Of a stretch of DNA of 36,791 bases, positions 1 through 10,097 are shown in pieces; within the stretch, counting starts at the first letter, position 1, and every line of letters starts with the position of its first letter. A model generated the notes under the pieces. The model was not told the origin of the DNA. It saw only the letters and a list, made by a program, of their open reading frames with translations, and did not search any database. The DNA comes from a virus (Duplodnaviria; Caudoviricetes), in IMG/VR virus record IMGVR_UViG_3300025696_000014, positions 1 through 36,791 of that record; one strand, given 5' to 3'. A program made the translations under genes and the position numbers.

Positions 1-121
1 TGTCCCCCGCTGGTGTTGCAGTCGCGTCAAGCACCGCTGGTGTTGCAAAACTTGTTGCTATTGTTGTTTGTGCTACTGCCGCAGCCTTACCATCACTTTT
101 CAAAATTACCGGAGCTTTTGA
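1..121. repeat. Terminal direct repeat, left copy (circular assembly overlap)
   Basis: Bases 1-121 are identical to 36666-36786; the tail gene reading frame is continuous across the junction. Confidence 0.97.
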
Positions 122-2023
122 TGTTATCGCTCCAGAGGCAGTAAAATTAGATTCATTGCCGCCACCAGCATTGTTAATCTGAGTTTGAATATTTGAAGTA
201 ACGCCACTGAGATAATTTAACTCAGCCTTTGAAGCGGTCATTCCGTCTAATTTATTTATCTCTGCTGCGTCAGCAGTCAGCCCTAAATTAGTTAACGCAG
301 TTGGCGCAGAAGCAACATCACTCAAGTTATTCGCAAGCTGCATATATCTCGCATTGCTTTGAGATTGTGTATACACATCAGCGACATTAAACGCGCCATA
401 CGCAATGATAGATACGTTGTCACCAACGCTGGCTCCAGTTCCAAGTACAATTTGTGAACCGTTCGTGGCTGTGAAATCTGTTGTCGGAATCAGTTTTGAG
501 CCATTTAAGTAAACATCAACAAAACCCACATCGTAAGTTGCATTAAAGCTTGTTTGTCCAGCAGTCGCCGTGTACTCCTGCCTTTCAGCAGTACCGTTAA
601 CAGCAGAGCCAGCAGCAGCCCACGATGAGCCGCTATACACAAACATGGTATTACTAGTTGTGTTGAAATAGAGTTGTCCAGCAGCGGTGCCAGAAGGCAC
701 AGTAGCACTAGCGCCTAAATACTTAGCGTTAAAGCTTGTAAGACTGCTTGCCGCAGATGTAGCACTACCCGCACTAGAAGTCGCAGAGCCAGCAGATGCC
801 GTGGCGCTTGTAGCAGAGGCAGTAGCAGAGGTTGCAGCAGCGGTAGCACTTGTAGCTGCTTCACCAGCTTTTGTAGTAGCGGTTGTTGCCTGAGTAGTAG
901 CTGTAGAGGCTTGAGTGGTAGCTGTGGTTGCGCTTCCAGCAGCAGCAGTAGCGGAATTAGATGCATTTGTGGCTGACGTGCTTGCCGCCGCTGCATCTGT
1001 TGCCACAGTGCTTTCTGAAGATGCGGCAGCAGTAGCACTTGTAGCTGCTGCGTTCTGAGAAACAAGAGCCGCAGCCGCACTTGTAGCACTGGCAGATGCA
1101 CTATTTGCTGCATTAGTTTCAGCAGTCTCAGCATTAGTCTTTGCCGTTTCAGCCGCTGTCTGAGCAGTCTCAGCCGCTGTTTTCGCAGTCTCAGCAGCCG
1201 TTTTAGCCGTGGTAGCAGCAGTAGCCTGTGTAGTGGCTGTTGTAGCGCTAGCCGCCGCCGCAGTAGCTTGAGTGCTGGCTGTAGAGGCCGATCCAGCCGC
1301 TGCCGTTGCTGACGCCGCCGCAGCCGCACTTGTACCAACCCAATAAGCTCCAGAGCTTGCTGGCGTATTATTTAAGTTTGAATTCTGAAGAGATGTATAA
1401 AGGATTCCATCCGGTCCTACAACATTCTGATGAATCGCATAAGTTTGAGTAGATAACCAAGCAAACGCTATAGAAACCCAAAAAGAAGGTTGTGTAGCTG
1501 GATTTTGATTAAGGTTGTTATTTTGCAAAGACTGAAACTGTGTGGTTCCAACTGTAACAACATCTCCAGCACTATAAGTTATTCCTGCATTCCACTCTAT
1601 TGAGTAGAGAAGCGTCCAGTATCCTGACGTAGAAGTAGGATCATTGTTCTGGTTTGCTGACACCAAGGACCGATAGTAAACACCATCACTACCAAGAACT
1701 ACAGCGTCTGAATCGTATATCTTAGTCGCTACCCAAGCGTCACCAAAGGCTGAGGCAGTCTGACCAACAGGATCACGAACTAATATCTGCACATCACTGG
1801 AGTCTGCTAATATTGCCTTAGCATTACCACTAAAAAATATGTTTGGTTGTCTACCCGCCGCAGTAAGTATAACTGGGTTGGTGTTAGCAATAGTTTGATT
1901 AATATCAGAAAAGGTAGTCTTTAATGTAGTCGTTCCTGAGTCATAGAAGTAAAGCTTTCCAGAGCCTAAAGGATCACCAGAGTCATCAAAGTATTGTGCG
2001 TTTATTTCGCCAAATCTAGCCAT
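1..2023 (-). CDS. Tail fibre/tailspike 1, N-terminal part; continues across the junction to the stop at 35329 (about 1119 aa in total)
   Basis: Manual translation from ATG at 2023 gives MARFGEINAQYFDDSGDPLGSGKLYFYDSGTTTLKTTFSD...NTNPVILTAAGR (P22-tailspike head-binding-like N-terminus), three W-x5-Y...P...W repeats, an Ala/Ser/Thr-rich stretch, then GQLYFNTTSNTMFVYSGSSW and NNLSDV...ALTNLGL fibre motifs. It is in frame with ORF 35329..36768. The ORF track missed it because no stop occurs before the window edge. Confidence 0.9.
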   Translation of the reverse strand, partial: MARFGEINAQYFDDSGDPLGSGKLYFYDSGTTTLKTTFSDINQTIANTNPVILTAAGRQPNIFFSGNAKAILADSSDVQILVRDPVGQTASAFGDAWVATKIYDSDAVVLGSDGVYYRSLVSANQNNDPTSTSGYWTLLYSIEWNAGITYSAGDVVTVGTTQFQSLQNNNLNQNPATQPSFWVSIAFAWLSTQTYAIHQNVVGPDGILYTSLQNSNLNNTPASSGAYWVGTSAAAAASATAAAGSASTASTQATAAAASATTATTQATAATTAKTAAETAKTAAETAQTAAETAKTNAETAETNAANSASASATSAAAALVSQNAAATSATAAASSESTVATDAAAASTSATNASNSATAAAGSATTATTQASTATTQATTATTKAGEAATSATAAATSATASATSATASAGSATSSAGSATSAASSLTSFNAKYLGASATVPSGTAAGQLYFNTTSNTMFVYSGSSWAAAGSAVNGTAERQEYTATAGQTSFNATYDVGFVDVYLNGSKLIPTTDFTATNGSQIVLGTGASVGDNVSIIAYGAFNVADVYTQSQSNARYMQLANNLSDVASAPTALTNLGLTADAAEINKLDGMTASKAELNYLSGVTSNIQTQINNAGGGNESNFTASGAITSKAPVILKSDGKAAAVAQTTIATSFATPAVLDATATPAGD

Positions 2024-2025
2024 TG

Positions 2026-4284
2026 TTATTCCTCCGATCCATTAATAGGCGAATTTTCTACTGGCGAATCTGTCATTTCAGTTGATTTAAACAAGTAGTT
2101 TACAACATTTGGAATAGATATTCTTTCAAGAGTTGCAGTTCCTTGATTTGCTAACATTGTGCTTTTGATAGACTCAGGTAGAGTTTTGAACCAATTTTGA
2201 AATTCGTTTGTTTTTATAACTCCTTCCATTGAGCTTGTAACATTTTTTCCTTCTGCTGCATTTAATATAGATCGTCTAAATCTTTCACTTTGCAACAAGT
2301 TTGCTACTACTTCTAAATTTTCTCCACCCATGTTATTTAGCCATCCAAATCCTGATGACATCGCTTTTGGAATACCGCCAAGCCTACCAACAATAGGAAC
2401 AACGCCTATAGCATCTCCTGTAACTCCAAGTAATTTTGAAATTAAACCATTGTCAGTATTAAAGTTTTGAACAAAATCAAGAACTACTCCAGTAGGTTTT
2501 TGTCTTGCTTTTTGTGAAGCAAGCCTTCCTGATATTCTAGCTACGTTATCTAAAAATTTTAATTGATCTCTGTTTAAGTAGTTGCTTATTAAAGAAAAAG
2601 ACCTAGTATCACCTTTTATTCGCCTATACCAATCTGCAAATAAAGCAGGATTCATTACAAAATCTTGATCTATGTCAGTGCTTCTTGCACCTCTTTGCAT
2701 TATATCTCTTATACCAGAAAGAATAATTTCTGACCTCATCCCTTCTGGTACTGCATTAATTCTTTTTCTAAAACCTTCCACTGAGCCTTTGGTAAGATTG
2801 GAAAGACCACTACTTATTGGCTGCAAAACATCTTTAAATAAATCTTTTCCTAGTAGTGTTGTTGCCATTTCTTCCATAAGTTTTCTTTGTCTAACAAGCC
2901 CTTGAGCTTGCTCTAAAACTTCTCCTGCTCTATCTCCGCCTATATCTCTTAAAGCTCTTTGCTGCTGCCTTTGCAAAACATCATATAATTGAGCAAACTG
3001 TCTAGTGTTTGTGTTCGTAAAAGCGTTTTGTCCTCTTAATGCGTTTCCATATTGCTCACCAACTGTCTGTCTTAATTGGTCTAAAGTGTCATAAGTAAAA
3101 GGACCAGCATCTAATGTTTTTTCTATCTCCGCCAAACGATCACTTACTTGCCCACCGCCTTTTTTTCTTAGCTCTCTTATATAAGAACGCAATATTCTTG
3201 GATCTACTACCGCAGCACCACCATCACCAAGTCTTCTAATAACAGTGTTTAACCCTCTGTAAAGACCGTTAGATTCTTCTAATAAATCCCCTATGTCTTT
3301 TTGTAAACTTTCTTTTACTCTAGGAGTTACTTCTCCTGCTGTCAAAGCTCCATATTTTTGTAGCTTTTGATTTACAGAACTTTCTAACGCTTTAACTCCG
3401 TCTATAACATCTTGCTTTAATCCAAAGTCTAACCCGCCACTTCTTGATCTTATTCCAGCTTCTACGCTTTGTACTGTTTCGTCATTTACCAGTGATGCTG
3501 TAGGAAGACTTTCTTCTACGCCTAAATTTTTTGCTGCATCTATAGTTGCTACATCTGGCTCAACACTTGAAGGTAATCTATCTGTAGGATTTCGAGCTGC
3601 ATTAACTAATTCTGACGATTGCTTGTTTCTTCTAAATACCATTGGTAAGGCATCACCAAAAACTGAAAATCCTGTATCCAAGGCAACATCTACTGAATCA
3701 AAATCTCCTCCAGTTGCTGCTTGCACTCCTTGATTTACGGCTTGCAAACCTCCTGCTGCCGCAGCTCTTGCTGCCATTCCTGCTGGGGTAGAGGAAATAC
3801 CTCCTATAGCTGTTGCAGTAAGAGCTTGATTAACATCTCTCATGCTTAACCCCGGCTTGTTTAGAGAAACAACATTGTTATTCTCCCTATTCATAGCCAT
3901 GTATTCTTCACCCTTTGTCACATTTCCTTGCTCATCATATTCGGGAGGTCTGACAAAAACCGCTATGTTTGGGTCATTAGCCATTAAAATTTTTCCCAGC
4001 TCAAAGGGATCATAAGTAGTTTGAGCTAATGCTTCCATCCCAAGATTTTTTGTTCTTCCCAGAAATCCTTTTCCAGAAAGTACAGGATTTTCGCCAACAG
4101 AAGTTATGTACGATCCAAATTCTGGAGCCGCATCCATTGTAGCTTGAGCTTGCATTGACAAATTGCGTTGCTGCTCTGTATCAATATCACGCAAAATACT
4201 TTGAGCTTCACCCAGAGATATAGTGCTGTTAGGGACCGTTCCATCCCTAATCATTAATTTTAATTGTTCTGGCGTAAAATCCAT
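2026..4284 (-). CDS. Ejection/DNA transfer protein (P22 gp16-like position)
   Basis: 752-aa helical-looking protein; last of the ejection cluster, immediately before the tailspike, as in P22-like genomes. Confidence 0.65.
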   Translation of the reverse strand: MDFTPEQLKLMIRDGTVPNSTISLGEAQSILRDIDTEQQRNLSMQAQATMDAAPEFGSYITSVGENPVLSGKGFLGRTKNLGMEALAQTTYDPFELGKILMANDPNIAVFVRPPEYDEQGNVTKGEEYMAMNRENNNVVSLNKPGLSMRDVNQALTATAIGGISSTPAGMAARAAAAGGLQAVNQGVQAATGGDFDSVDVALDTGFSVFGDALPMVFRRNKQSSELVNAARNPTDRLPSSVEPDVATIDAAKNLGVEESLPTASLVNDETVQSVEAGIRSRSGGLDFGLKQDVIDGVKALESSVNQKLQKYGALTAGEVTPRVKESLQKDIGDLLEESNGLYRGLNTVIRRLGDGGAAVVDPRILRSYIRELRKKGGGQVSDRLAEIEKTLDAGPFTYDTLDQLRQTVGEQYGNALRGQNAFTNTNTRQFAQLYDVLQRQQQRALRDIGGDRAGEVLEQAQGLVRQRKLMEEMATTLLGKDLFKDVLQPISSGLSNLTKGSVEGFRKRINAVPEGMRSEIILSGIRDIMQRGARSTDIDQDFVMNPALFADWYRRIKGDTRSFSLISNYLNRDQLKFLDNVARISGRLASQKARQKPTGVVLDFVQNFNTDNGLISKLLGVTGDAIGVVPIVGRLGGIPKAMSSGFGWLNNMGGENLEVVANLLQSERFRRSILNAAEGKNVTSSMEGVIKTNEFQNWFKTLPESIKSTMLANQGTATLERISIPNVVNYLFKSTEMTDSPVENSPINGSEE

Positions 4285-5705
4285 TATTTATCCATAAATA
4301 TACGTTGCTCGCTCATCGGAAGAGCATTAAATTGTTCTGCTGTATATCCAGCTCTTGCAGCTTGAGCAGGAAGGCCAGCCCCTTTAAAGTTTGATGATTG
4401 CATTCCATAGTTGTCTGTGTCAGCGTAAGGACTTCTTTGCATACTATTACTTATACTTATGTTTGGACTTTGGAAAAAATCAGTTACTCCATTCCAGTTA
4501 TTTCCATAAACCATGCTTCCTAGCTTGTTTATATTTCTATTAGAAGTTTCACCAAACGCTGCGTTCATTTCTTCGGGTCTAGCTTGAGAATAACCACTTG
4601 CTTCTGAAAACAAACTAGCCATACCATCTAAAATAGTTTGCCCAGAACTTGTAACTAATCCATTTGCAATTCTCATAATTCCGTCATAATCAAAATTCTC
4701 AGGATTAGTTGGGTCTATGCCAGTAAGTATTTCTTGAGGAAGAGATGTTCTTTGGCTCATAAAATCTTTAAGAACAGAAAAATCCCCACCTCGCGCAGCC
4801 TCTGCTTGTATGTATGCTTGCAAATCTACACCACCGCCAAAGTTTGCAAAATCTCTGTCAGTAACAACGCCCGGACTAGCAAGCCTTGCGAGTACAGTTA
4901 CAAGTGTTGCCGCAGCTCTTCTTCTAGAAGTGTTATCAGCAGTTTCATCCGTAACTTGTCTAGCTAAAGCTTCTAATTTTCCTTTTTCGCCTACCATTTC
5001 AGATGCGTCCTTTCTAAAATTTCTAGCTGTACTCATTATTGTAGCTCTGTTATCGTCCCAAGCAGCTCTTTCTTGCCTAATGCCTTGCTTTCCTCCAATT
5101 GGACTTTCTGCGTATATCTCTCTTGAAAATGGGTCTTGAAGAATTACATCGCCTGTATCTGGGTCACGTCCTTTATACTCAGGCCCAACAGGAGGTGACA
5201 CTATTCCTAGTTGTATAGCTTGAGCATAACTAGAAGTTAAATGCGGTATTATTGATTCTATTCCATCTTTATCTACGTCTGCTATCATTTCTAGAGTTGA
5301 TTCTGTACTCATACCAAGATTCTGCTCCATGCCTAATCTATCTTTTAACAACCCCATTAGGCCTGTGTAATCATTTGCTTTAGCAAAATTTAAAGCCATT
5401 AAATTATCTTTCATCAATGCTTGTTGTATAACATCTCTTCTCTGTAAATTTTGCATTTCCATTGCGTTTTGCATTTGATTTTCTTGCATCATCTGCTGTC
5501 TAAACTGAGGAACTTGATTGCTAAACATTGCACCCAAAGCTCTTAACTTTGTAGGAAGGTCAGCACCGCCACCCATACCCATAAGCTTTTGGCCTCTTGA
5601 TCTTGTAGAGCCGCCTAAAGGAGAATCTAAAGGTGAGTTAATAGGGTTATTAATAAGGTTGCCAGACAGAGCATTACCCGCAAGTGTATTAGAGTCTAAA
5701 TCCAT
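4284..5705 (-). CDS. Putative ejection protein (gp20-like position)
   Basis: 473 aa with a Gln/Met-rich N-terminal region; lies between two other ejection-type genes and overlaps the next start by 1 nt. Confidence 0.55.
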   Translation of the reverse strand: MDLDSNTLAGNALSGNLINNPINSPLDSPLGGSTRSRGQKLMGMGGGADLPTKLRALGAMFSNQVPQFRQQMMQENQMQNAMEMQNLQRRDVIQQALMKDNLMALNFAKANDYTGLMGLLKDRLGMEQNLGMSTESTLEMIADVDKDGIESIIPHLTSSYAQAIQLGIVSPPVGPEYKGRDPDTGDVILQDPFSREIYAESPIGGKQGIRQERAAWDDNRATIMSTARNFRKDASEMVGEKGKLEALARQVTDETADNTSRRRAAATLVTVLARLASPGVVTDRDFANFGGGVDLQAYIQAEAARGGDFSVLKDFMSQRTSLPQEILTGIDPTNPENFDYDGIMRIANGLVTSSGQTILDGMASLFSEASGYSQARPEEMNAAFGETSNRNINKLGSMVYGNNWNGVTDFFQSPNISISNSMQRSPYADTDNYGMQSSNFKGAGLPAQAARAGYTAEQFNALPMSEQRIFMDK

Positions 5706-5719
5706 AATTTATTTTCCTA

Positions 5720-7636
5720 CTAAGCAATATTGCTATACGTATTTCTTTGATCTAGAAAATCACCCCAGCCATAATTAGGGTTTGTATATGTTGGTTTTGA
5801 AGTGCCTACTGGCGCTGGCGTTCCATTACCTCCAAAAATTTCTGCTCCTAAAGCAGCAGAGTTGGCAGCATTAGCAACTCCTGCTGCATAGTTTGGAGTA
5901 ACTATTGGAGCCATAGGAACGCCAGCCAACTGATTGCCCATTCCTGTTTGGATGTTTGAAAGATTAGTTCCAAAATTTTCTTGCGCCCTAGCTTCATTTA
6001 TTGCTGCATTGTTTCTTGCGTTTATAATATTTGAGGATGTAGTGCCAACCAAATTACTTATGTTTGATCCCTGACTTCCAAGAATATTAGCAAGCTTAGT
6101 AGCAGCATTTCCATATTGGTCAGAAAGTTCAGAAGCCGCATTAGTTCTCCCTGTCGCAAGATTAATGCCTAGCGTGTTAAGAGACTGAGCCGCAGGAAGT
6201 CCTGTGTTTAAATTTAAACCAGCCATCTGGGTTGCTGCATTAAATCCTCTGCCTGATAACTGATTTATGTTAGCTATTTGGTTCTGTAAATCCTGAGAGG
6301 CTAGGCCAGTGTTGTACCTTGTCAGCTCTTTTAATACATTGCCGCCACCTAATCCACCAGTTGCGGCAGAGTTTCTCAAGGCAGCTCTTTCTCCCTGCTC
6401 TCTAAGGAAAGCCATCTGAGGACTTTGTTGGTAGGCCGCATCAAAGGCAGCTTGACCATCTAATCCAGCCAAAGCTCTTTGTGTTCTTAAAGCATCTTGC
6501 CCAGCAATAGCATAAGGGTTTATATCTTGTCTTGCAGCCCTATTAACAGCATCAAACATATCTATTGACCCGGCTGTAGCACCCTTTAAAGCTTGCTCTG
6601 AACCTTTTAGGCCTATAGGTATATCGCTACCTGTAGCGTAATTTGCTGACGCAACTGAAGGCAAACTGTCTTTTGCTGCTACTGCATTGGGGTCAGTAGT
6701 ATTTTGTATTCCAGAACTAGCAGTTACTCTCCCGGCTAAAGGAGCAGCAGGAGCTGTTGCTGGAGTAGCGGCTGGTGCAGCAGTTGGAGTAGGAGTAACA
6801 GGAGCAGCGGCTGGTGCGGCAATAACTTGGGTTGGGCCTGTTGCAGCTCCTGTAGCAAAATCTTGAGCATTGCCGCCAAAAGTAATGTCACTAGGAATTG
6901 TCGCACCGCCACCTGTAGGAGTGGCTGAAATAGGCGTAGGTGAAATAGGTGTAGCTGAAAGAGCTGCTTTAAGTTGTTCCGTTAAGTTTGTGTTTAAAAC
7001 TTCATTTTGTCTTTGTAGCTCTTCATTTACTTGTTGTTCTGTAAATCCAAACCGTTTAGCCACATCAGCAGCACTAACATATTTATTATTTAACGCACCA
7101 ACAACAAGAGCAACTTCCTGCTGAGTGTAATCTCCATCCACAGGAATATCATTTATGTTAGTTGGAACGGCTGGCGCAGGAGCTACAGGAGTGTCGGCAG
7201 CAGGAGCTGTTGCTGGAGTAGCGGCAGCAGGAGCTACAGGATCAGGAGCTACAGGATCAGGAGCTTGAGTTTGAACCCTGCTAACAGGAAGCCCAGCTTG
7301 AGCTTCAGCAATTTGAGCTGAGTTATAATTAAACCCATTAACTAATGCATCTTCTATAACAGAAGGAGCAACTTTAAAGTTTTGAGCAATATCACTAATA
7401 CTTGCAACACCAGCACTTATAAGCTTTTCAACTTTATTTGCTTCTTCTTGGCTGTATTCACCGTCAACTGGAACGCCAGCCAGATTACTTATAACTACTG
7501 ACCGGGGAACTTTAAAATACTGAGATACTTCTCCAACAGTTACCGCTGCTGAGTTAAGCAAACTTTTTACCCTTTCAACATCAGCATCAGCGTATGGGGG
7601 AGACTTTGGTATACCTCTTAAATTAGACAATGACAT
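5720..7636 (-). CDS. DNA transfer/ejection protein with an N-terminal repeat extension
   Basis: C-terminal half has the gp7-like pattern (PYAIAGQDAL...SPQMAFLREQGERAALRNSAATGGLGGGNVLKELTRY); N-terminal half has three ~45-aa repeats and Pro/Ala/Thr linkers. Confidence 0.7.
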   Translation of the reverse strand: MSLSNLRGIPKSPPYADADVERVKSLLNSAAVTVGEVSQYFKVPRSVVISNLAGVPVDGEYSQEEANKVEKLISAGVASISDIAQNFKVAPSVIEDALVNGFNYNSAQIAEAQAGLPVSRVQTQAPDPVAPDPVAPAAATPATAPAADTPVAPAPAVPTNINDIPVDGDYTQQEVALVVGALNNKYVSAADVAKRFGFTEQQVNEELQRQNEVLNTNLTEQLKAALSATPISPTPISATPTGGGATIPSDITFGGNAQDFATGAATGPTQVIAAPAAAPVTPTPTAAPAATPATAPAAPLAGRVTASSGIQNTTDPNAVAAKDSLPSVASANYATGSDIPIGLKGSEQALKGATAGSIDMFDAVNRAARQDINPYAIAGQDALRTQRALAGLDGQAAFDAAYQQSPQMAFLREQGERAALRNSAATGGLGGGNVLKELTRYNTGLASQDLQNQIANINQLSGRGFNAATQMAGLNLNTGLPAAQSLNTLGINLATGRTNAASELSDQYGNAATKLANILGSQGSNISNLVGTTSSNIINARNNAAINEARAQENFGTNLSNIQTGMGNQLAGVPMAPIVTPNYAAGVANAANSAALGAEIFGGNGTPAPVGTSKPTYTNPNYGWGDFLDQRNTYSNIA

Positions 7637-8418
7637 TAACTTGGCTCTCCTTCAAAAGTACCCATCATAGCGCCCATAACTTGATCTCTGCTAAAAGGTT
7701 CTGCTGAGTTTATGTTTGTTGTCTGTGCGCCTTGAGCAGCGGCTAAGGTAGGCAAAGGCTTATCAAATATCCTGCCTTCTGCCTTGCCAAAATTATCGTA
7801 ATGATATTTTAAATAACTATCAAGGCTATTAAAAACATCGCTTCCGCTATCTTTAACTAATTGTTTTTTGTTTGCTTCATAGTATTCAACAAGATCAGGA
7901 TAGTTTGCTGCGTATTGAGCTGTTGTACCCGCATCCCAGTTTTGTTGAGCAACCTCTCCAGAAGAAGCTCCGTAATTGGGAAGCTTCATATCAGAAAAAG
8001 TTATTCCTGTTGGGTTCGTTATGCCTGTCAAGGCAGACATATCTACAGGAACGCTTTGAGCCTGCAATGCTCCGTAATTAATAGGATCACCTAATGTTGC
8101 AGCTCTTTGACCCATTAAACCAGCAAGTATAGCTTGTTGAGCCATATATCCAGAATCTTGCAAAAGGTCTACTCTAGGCTCAAACATATTTCCAGCTAAG
8201 GCTAAGTTTGCGTTAAGGCCTTCCTCTCTTACGTTTTGACCAGCAGTATAAGCAGGAAGAAGACTATCAACAGCCCTTCCTCCATATGTTGTTATGTCAC
8301 CTTTTAAAGCCTCTATTTGTTCTTCTGCTTGTTTAGCCGCTTTTTTATTAGCCTTATAATCTAAAATGCTTCCAACTGCTGAGGCTGCTGCGCCTGCTGC
8401 TGCTCCTGCTCCTGACAT
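7636..8418 (-). CDS. Small ejection/pilot-like protein
   Basis: Gly/Ala-rich N-terminus followed by KANKKAAKQAEEQ, typical of podovirus internal pilot proteins; RBS GGAG upstream. Confidence 0.6.
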   Translation of the reverse strand: MSGAGAAAGAAASAVGSILDYKANKKAAKQAEEQIEALKGDITTYGGRAVDSLLPAYTAGQNVREEGLNANLALAGNMFEPRVDLLQDSGYMAQQAILAGLMGQRAATLGDPINYGALQAQSVPVDMSALTGITNPTGITFSDMKLPNYGASSGEVAQQNWDAGTTAQYAANYPDLVEYYEANKKQLVKDSGSDVFNSLDSYLKYHYDNFGKAEGRIFDKPLPTLAAAQGAQTTNINSAEPFSRDQVMGAMMGTFEGEPS

Positions 8419-8427
8419 AATATTCTC

Positions 8428-8679
8428 CTAAACGGCTATCCAGCCTCTTTTACGATCACCACTAATCTGAGCAACCATTTTACGATATTGAATTGATCCA
8501 GCACTTCCAGAGGTATCTAAGTACAAACTAAACTGCCTAGCCTCTACATTGCCTTCTGGTGTACCCGCTCCTGTAATCGGTATGCTTAAAGCCGCATCTT
8601 GAGTGTACTGTCTAAACGCCTGAGCCATTGTGCCGTTATTCTCTACAATAGGCTGCGCTACGTTTAACTTATAAGTCAT
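8428..8679 (-). CDS. Small tail protein (position of the P22 gp26 needle)
   Basis: 83 aa directly after the gp10-like gene; GAGTPEGNVEA...SLYLDT...YRK...GW motif seen in phage tail proteins. Confidence 0.55.
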   Translation of the reverse strand: MTYKLNVAQPIVENNGTMAQAFRQYTQDAALSIPITGAGTPEGNVEARQFSLYLDTSGSAGSIQYRKMVAQISGDRKRGWIAV

Positions 8680-10097
8680 GCTGCCGCCTCTATGTCAGCC
8701 GTTAATTGAATAAACACAGGCTTTACAGGATCACTTAAAGTAAACCTAAAAAGCTCAAACCTTGAAGCTCTGCCGTTCCTTCTCCAAATGGCTCTCTTGT
8801 CGTATTCTCCAATCTTACCAACCTTCCGATAGCGTGTACTAGCCCATATCTTACCATTCGTACTTCTAGCCATACCAATCAAAGGGTCTTCACTGTCAGT
8901 ATTTCCTACACCGCTTTCTACTGTCATCTCTATAGACGGTAATACAAAAGAGTTCATATTGTTTTGGAATGGTTGAGTCACTATAGTTCTTTGTATAGCA
9001 GTCCCATATTCGTTGTAGATTTCCGGGTCTAGCCTTCCTATCCTTCCATCACCAAGATCACCGCAATAAACATTGTTGTAAGCCCTAACCAAAGACTTAA
9101 CTCTATAGGCTCCTAAAGTTTCATCTATAACAGACTTTCTTTCATGCCATCTTTTACTTATAAGGTCGTAAACAAACGTAGTAGAAGGCAGCGCAAATCC
9201 AACAAAGTAAGCTCCCTTCTGAGCATAGGACCAAGAGTAAATAGCATTTATTTGATCTGTAGTTAACTTGCCTAGCTCATTATCTAAAGCAGTTGTTGAT
9301 ATTTTTACAACATCATTACCACTTAATGCCCATATAGCAGGAGATTCTCTATACCCAGAGCCGATAAATATAAAAGTATCTTGCAAAGACTGAATGCTAA
9401 ACGGACTAACTATACCCTTACTTAAAAACAATCCTGTCCTTTGGAAAGGAAAGTCAGCACCGCCAATGTTTTGAAATGCTTCTATAGTCTGCGAACCGCC
9501 TATAAAAAGCTGATTCTTAAAAACTACCGGAGCAACAATGTCATCTGGGTCTGACTCTGAAGTGCCAAAGTCTAAAGCGTTGTAGCTAAGTCCATCGTTT
9601 ATTGAACTAACTATGAACTTCTTTGAGTCTGTTGTTAAGCAAAAATAACCATCAATATAGACTACCTGTTGAGGATTACCGTTAGCAGTAAAGTCACCAT
9701 CAGTAATCTGAGTAAGCGTTGTAGAGGCGTGAGTATAAATATAGCCATTGCCGCCCGGAATCAGAATTAACATCTGCGCTCCGTTATCAGCCATAGATAC
9801 TAATCCACTACCCGCTATGGTCCCTCTGGTAGTCAAAACATTACTAGAGTCCATGCTGTAAAGAGTATTGCCTACAACAAAGTAAGGCACACCATTCATT
9901 TCATGTGCGCCCCTACTTACTTCTAGCTGGCTAGTCATTGCTACTTGCTCAAGGCCCGGAGTACCAAACAATGTCTCTTGATTTAAGGCTTGAGTCTGAA
10001 CTATGTTTGGATAAAAGTTAGTACACTCCTGAGCCGATATAGGCAAAGAGTCACTCTCATAATAACCATTAGCAATTGGCAATACAGTCTTTGGCAT
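8676..10097 (-). CDS. Tail hub / packaged-DNA stabilisation protein (P22 gp10-like)
   Basis: 473 aa, about the size of gp10; motifs ESDPDDIV, IWRRNGR, F.FTLSDPVK; beta-rich; expected synteny. Confidence 0.85.
   Translation of the reverse strand: MPKTVLPIANGYYESDSLPISAQECTNFYPNIVQTQALNQETLFGTPGLEQVAMTSQLEVSRGAHEMNGVPYFVVGNTLYSMDSSNVLTTRGTIAGSGLVSMADNGAQMLILIPGGNGYIYTHASTTLTQITDGDFTANGNPQQVVYIDGYFCLTTDSKKFIVSSINDGLSYNALDFGTSESDPDDIVAPVVFKNQLFIGGSQTIEAFQNIGGADFPFQRTGLFLSKGIVSPFSIQSLQDTFIFIGSGYRESPAIWALSGNDVVKISTTALDNELGKLTTDQINAIYSWSYAQKGAYFVGFALPSTTFVYDLISKRWHERKSVIDETLGAYRVKSLVRAYNNVYCGDLGDGRIGRLDPEIYNEYGTAIQRTIVTQPFQNNMNSFVLPSIEMTVESGVGNTDSEDPLIGMARSTNGKIWASTRYRKVGKIGEYDKRAIWRRNGRASRFELFRFTLSDPVKPVFIQLTADIEAAA

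Noticed and set aside
7-47. CCGCTGGTGTTGCA repeated with 27-bp period
   Set aside because: Only two copies, in frame inside the tail gene (ATPA twice); not CRISPR or an att site.
505-1338. Track ORFs 505..708, 687..893 and 715..1338 (Leu/Gln/Arg- or Ala/Val-rich)
   Set aside because: Alternative-frame or antisense shadows of the Ala/Ser/Thr-rich segment of the real tail gene starting at 2023.
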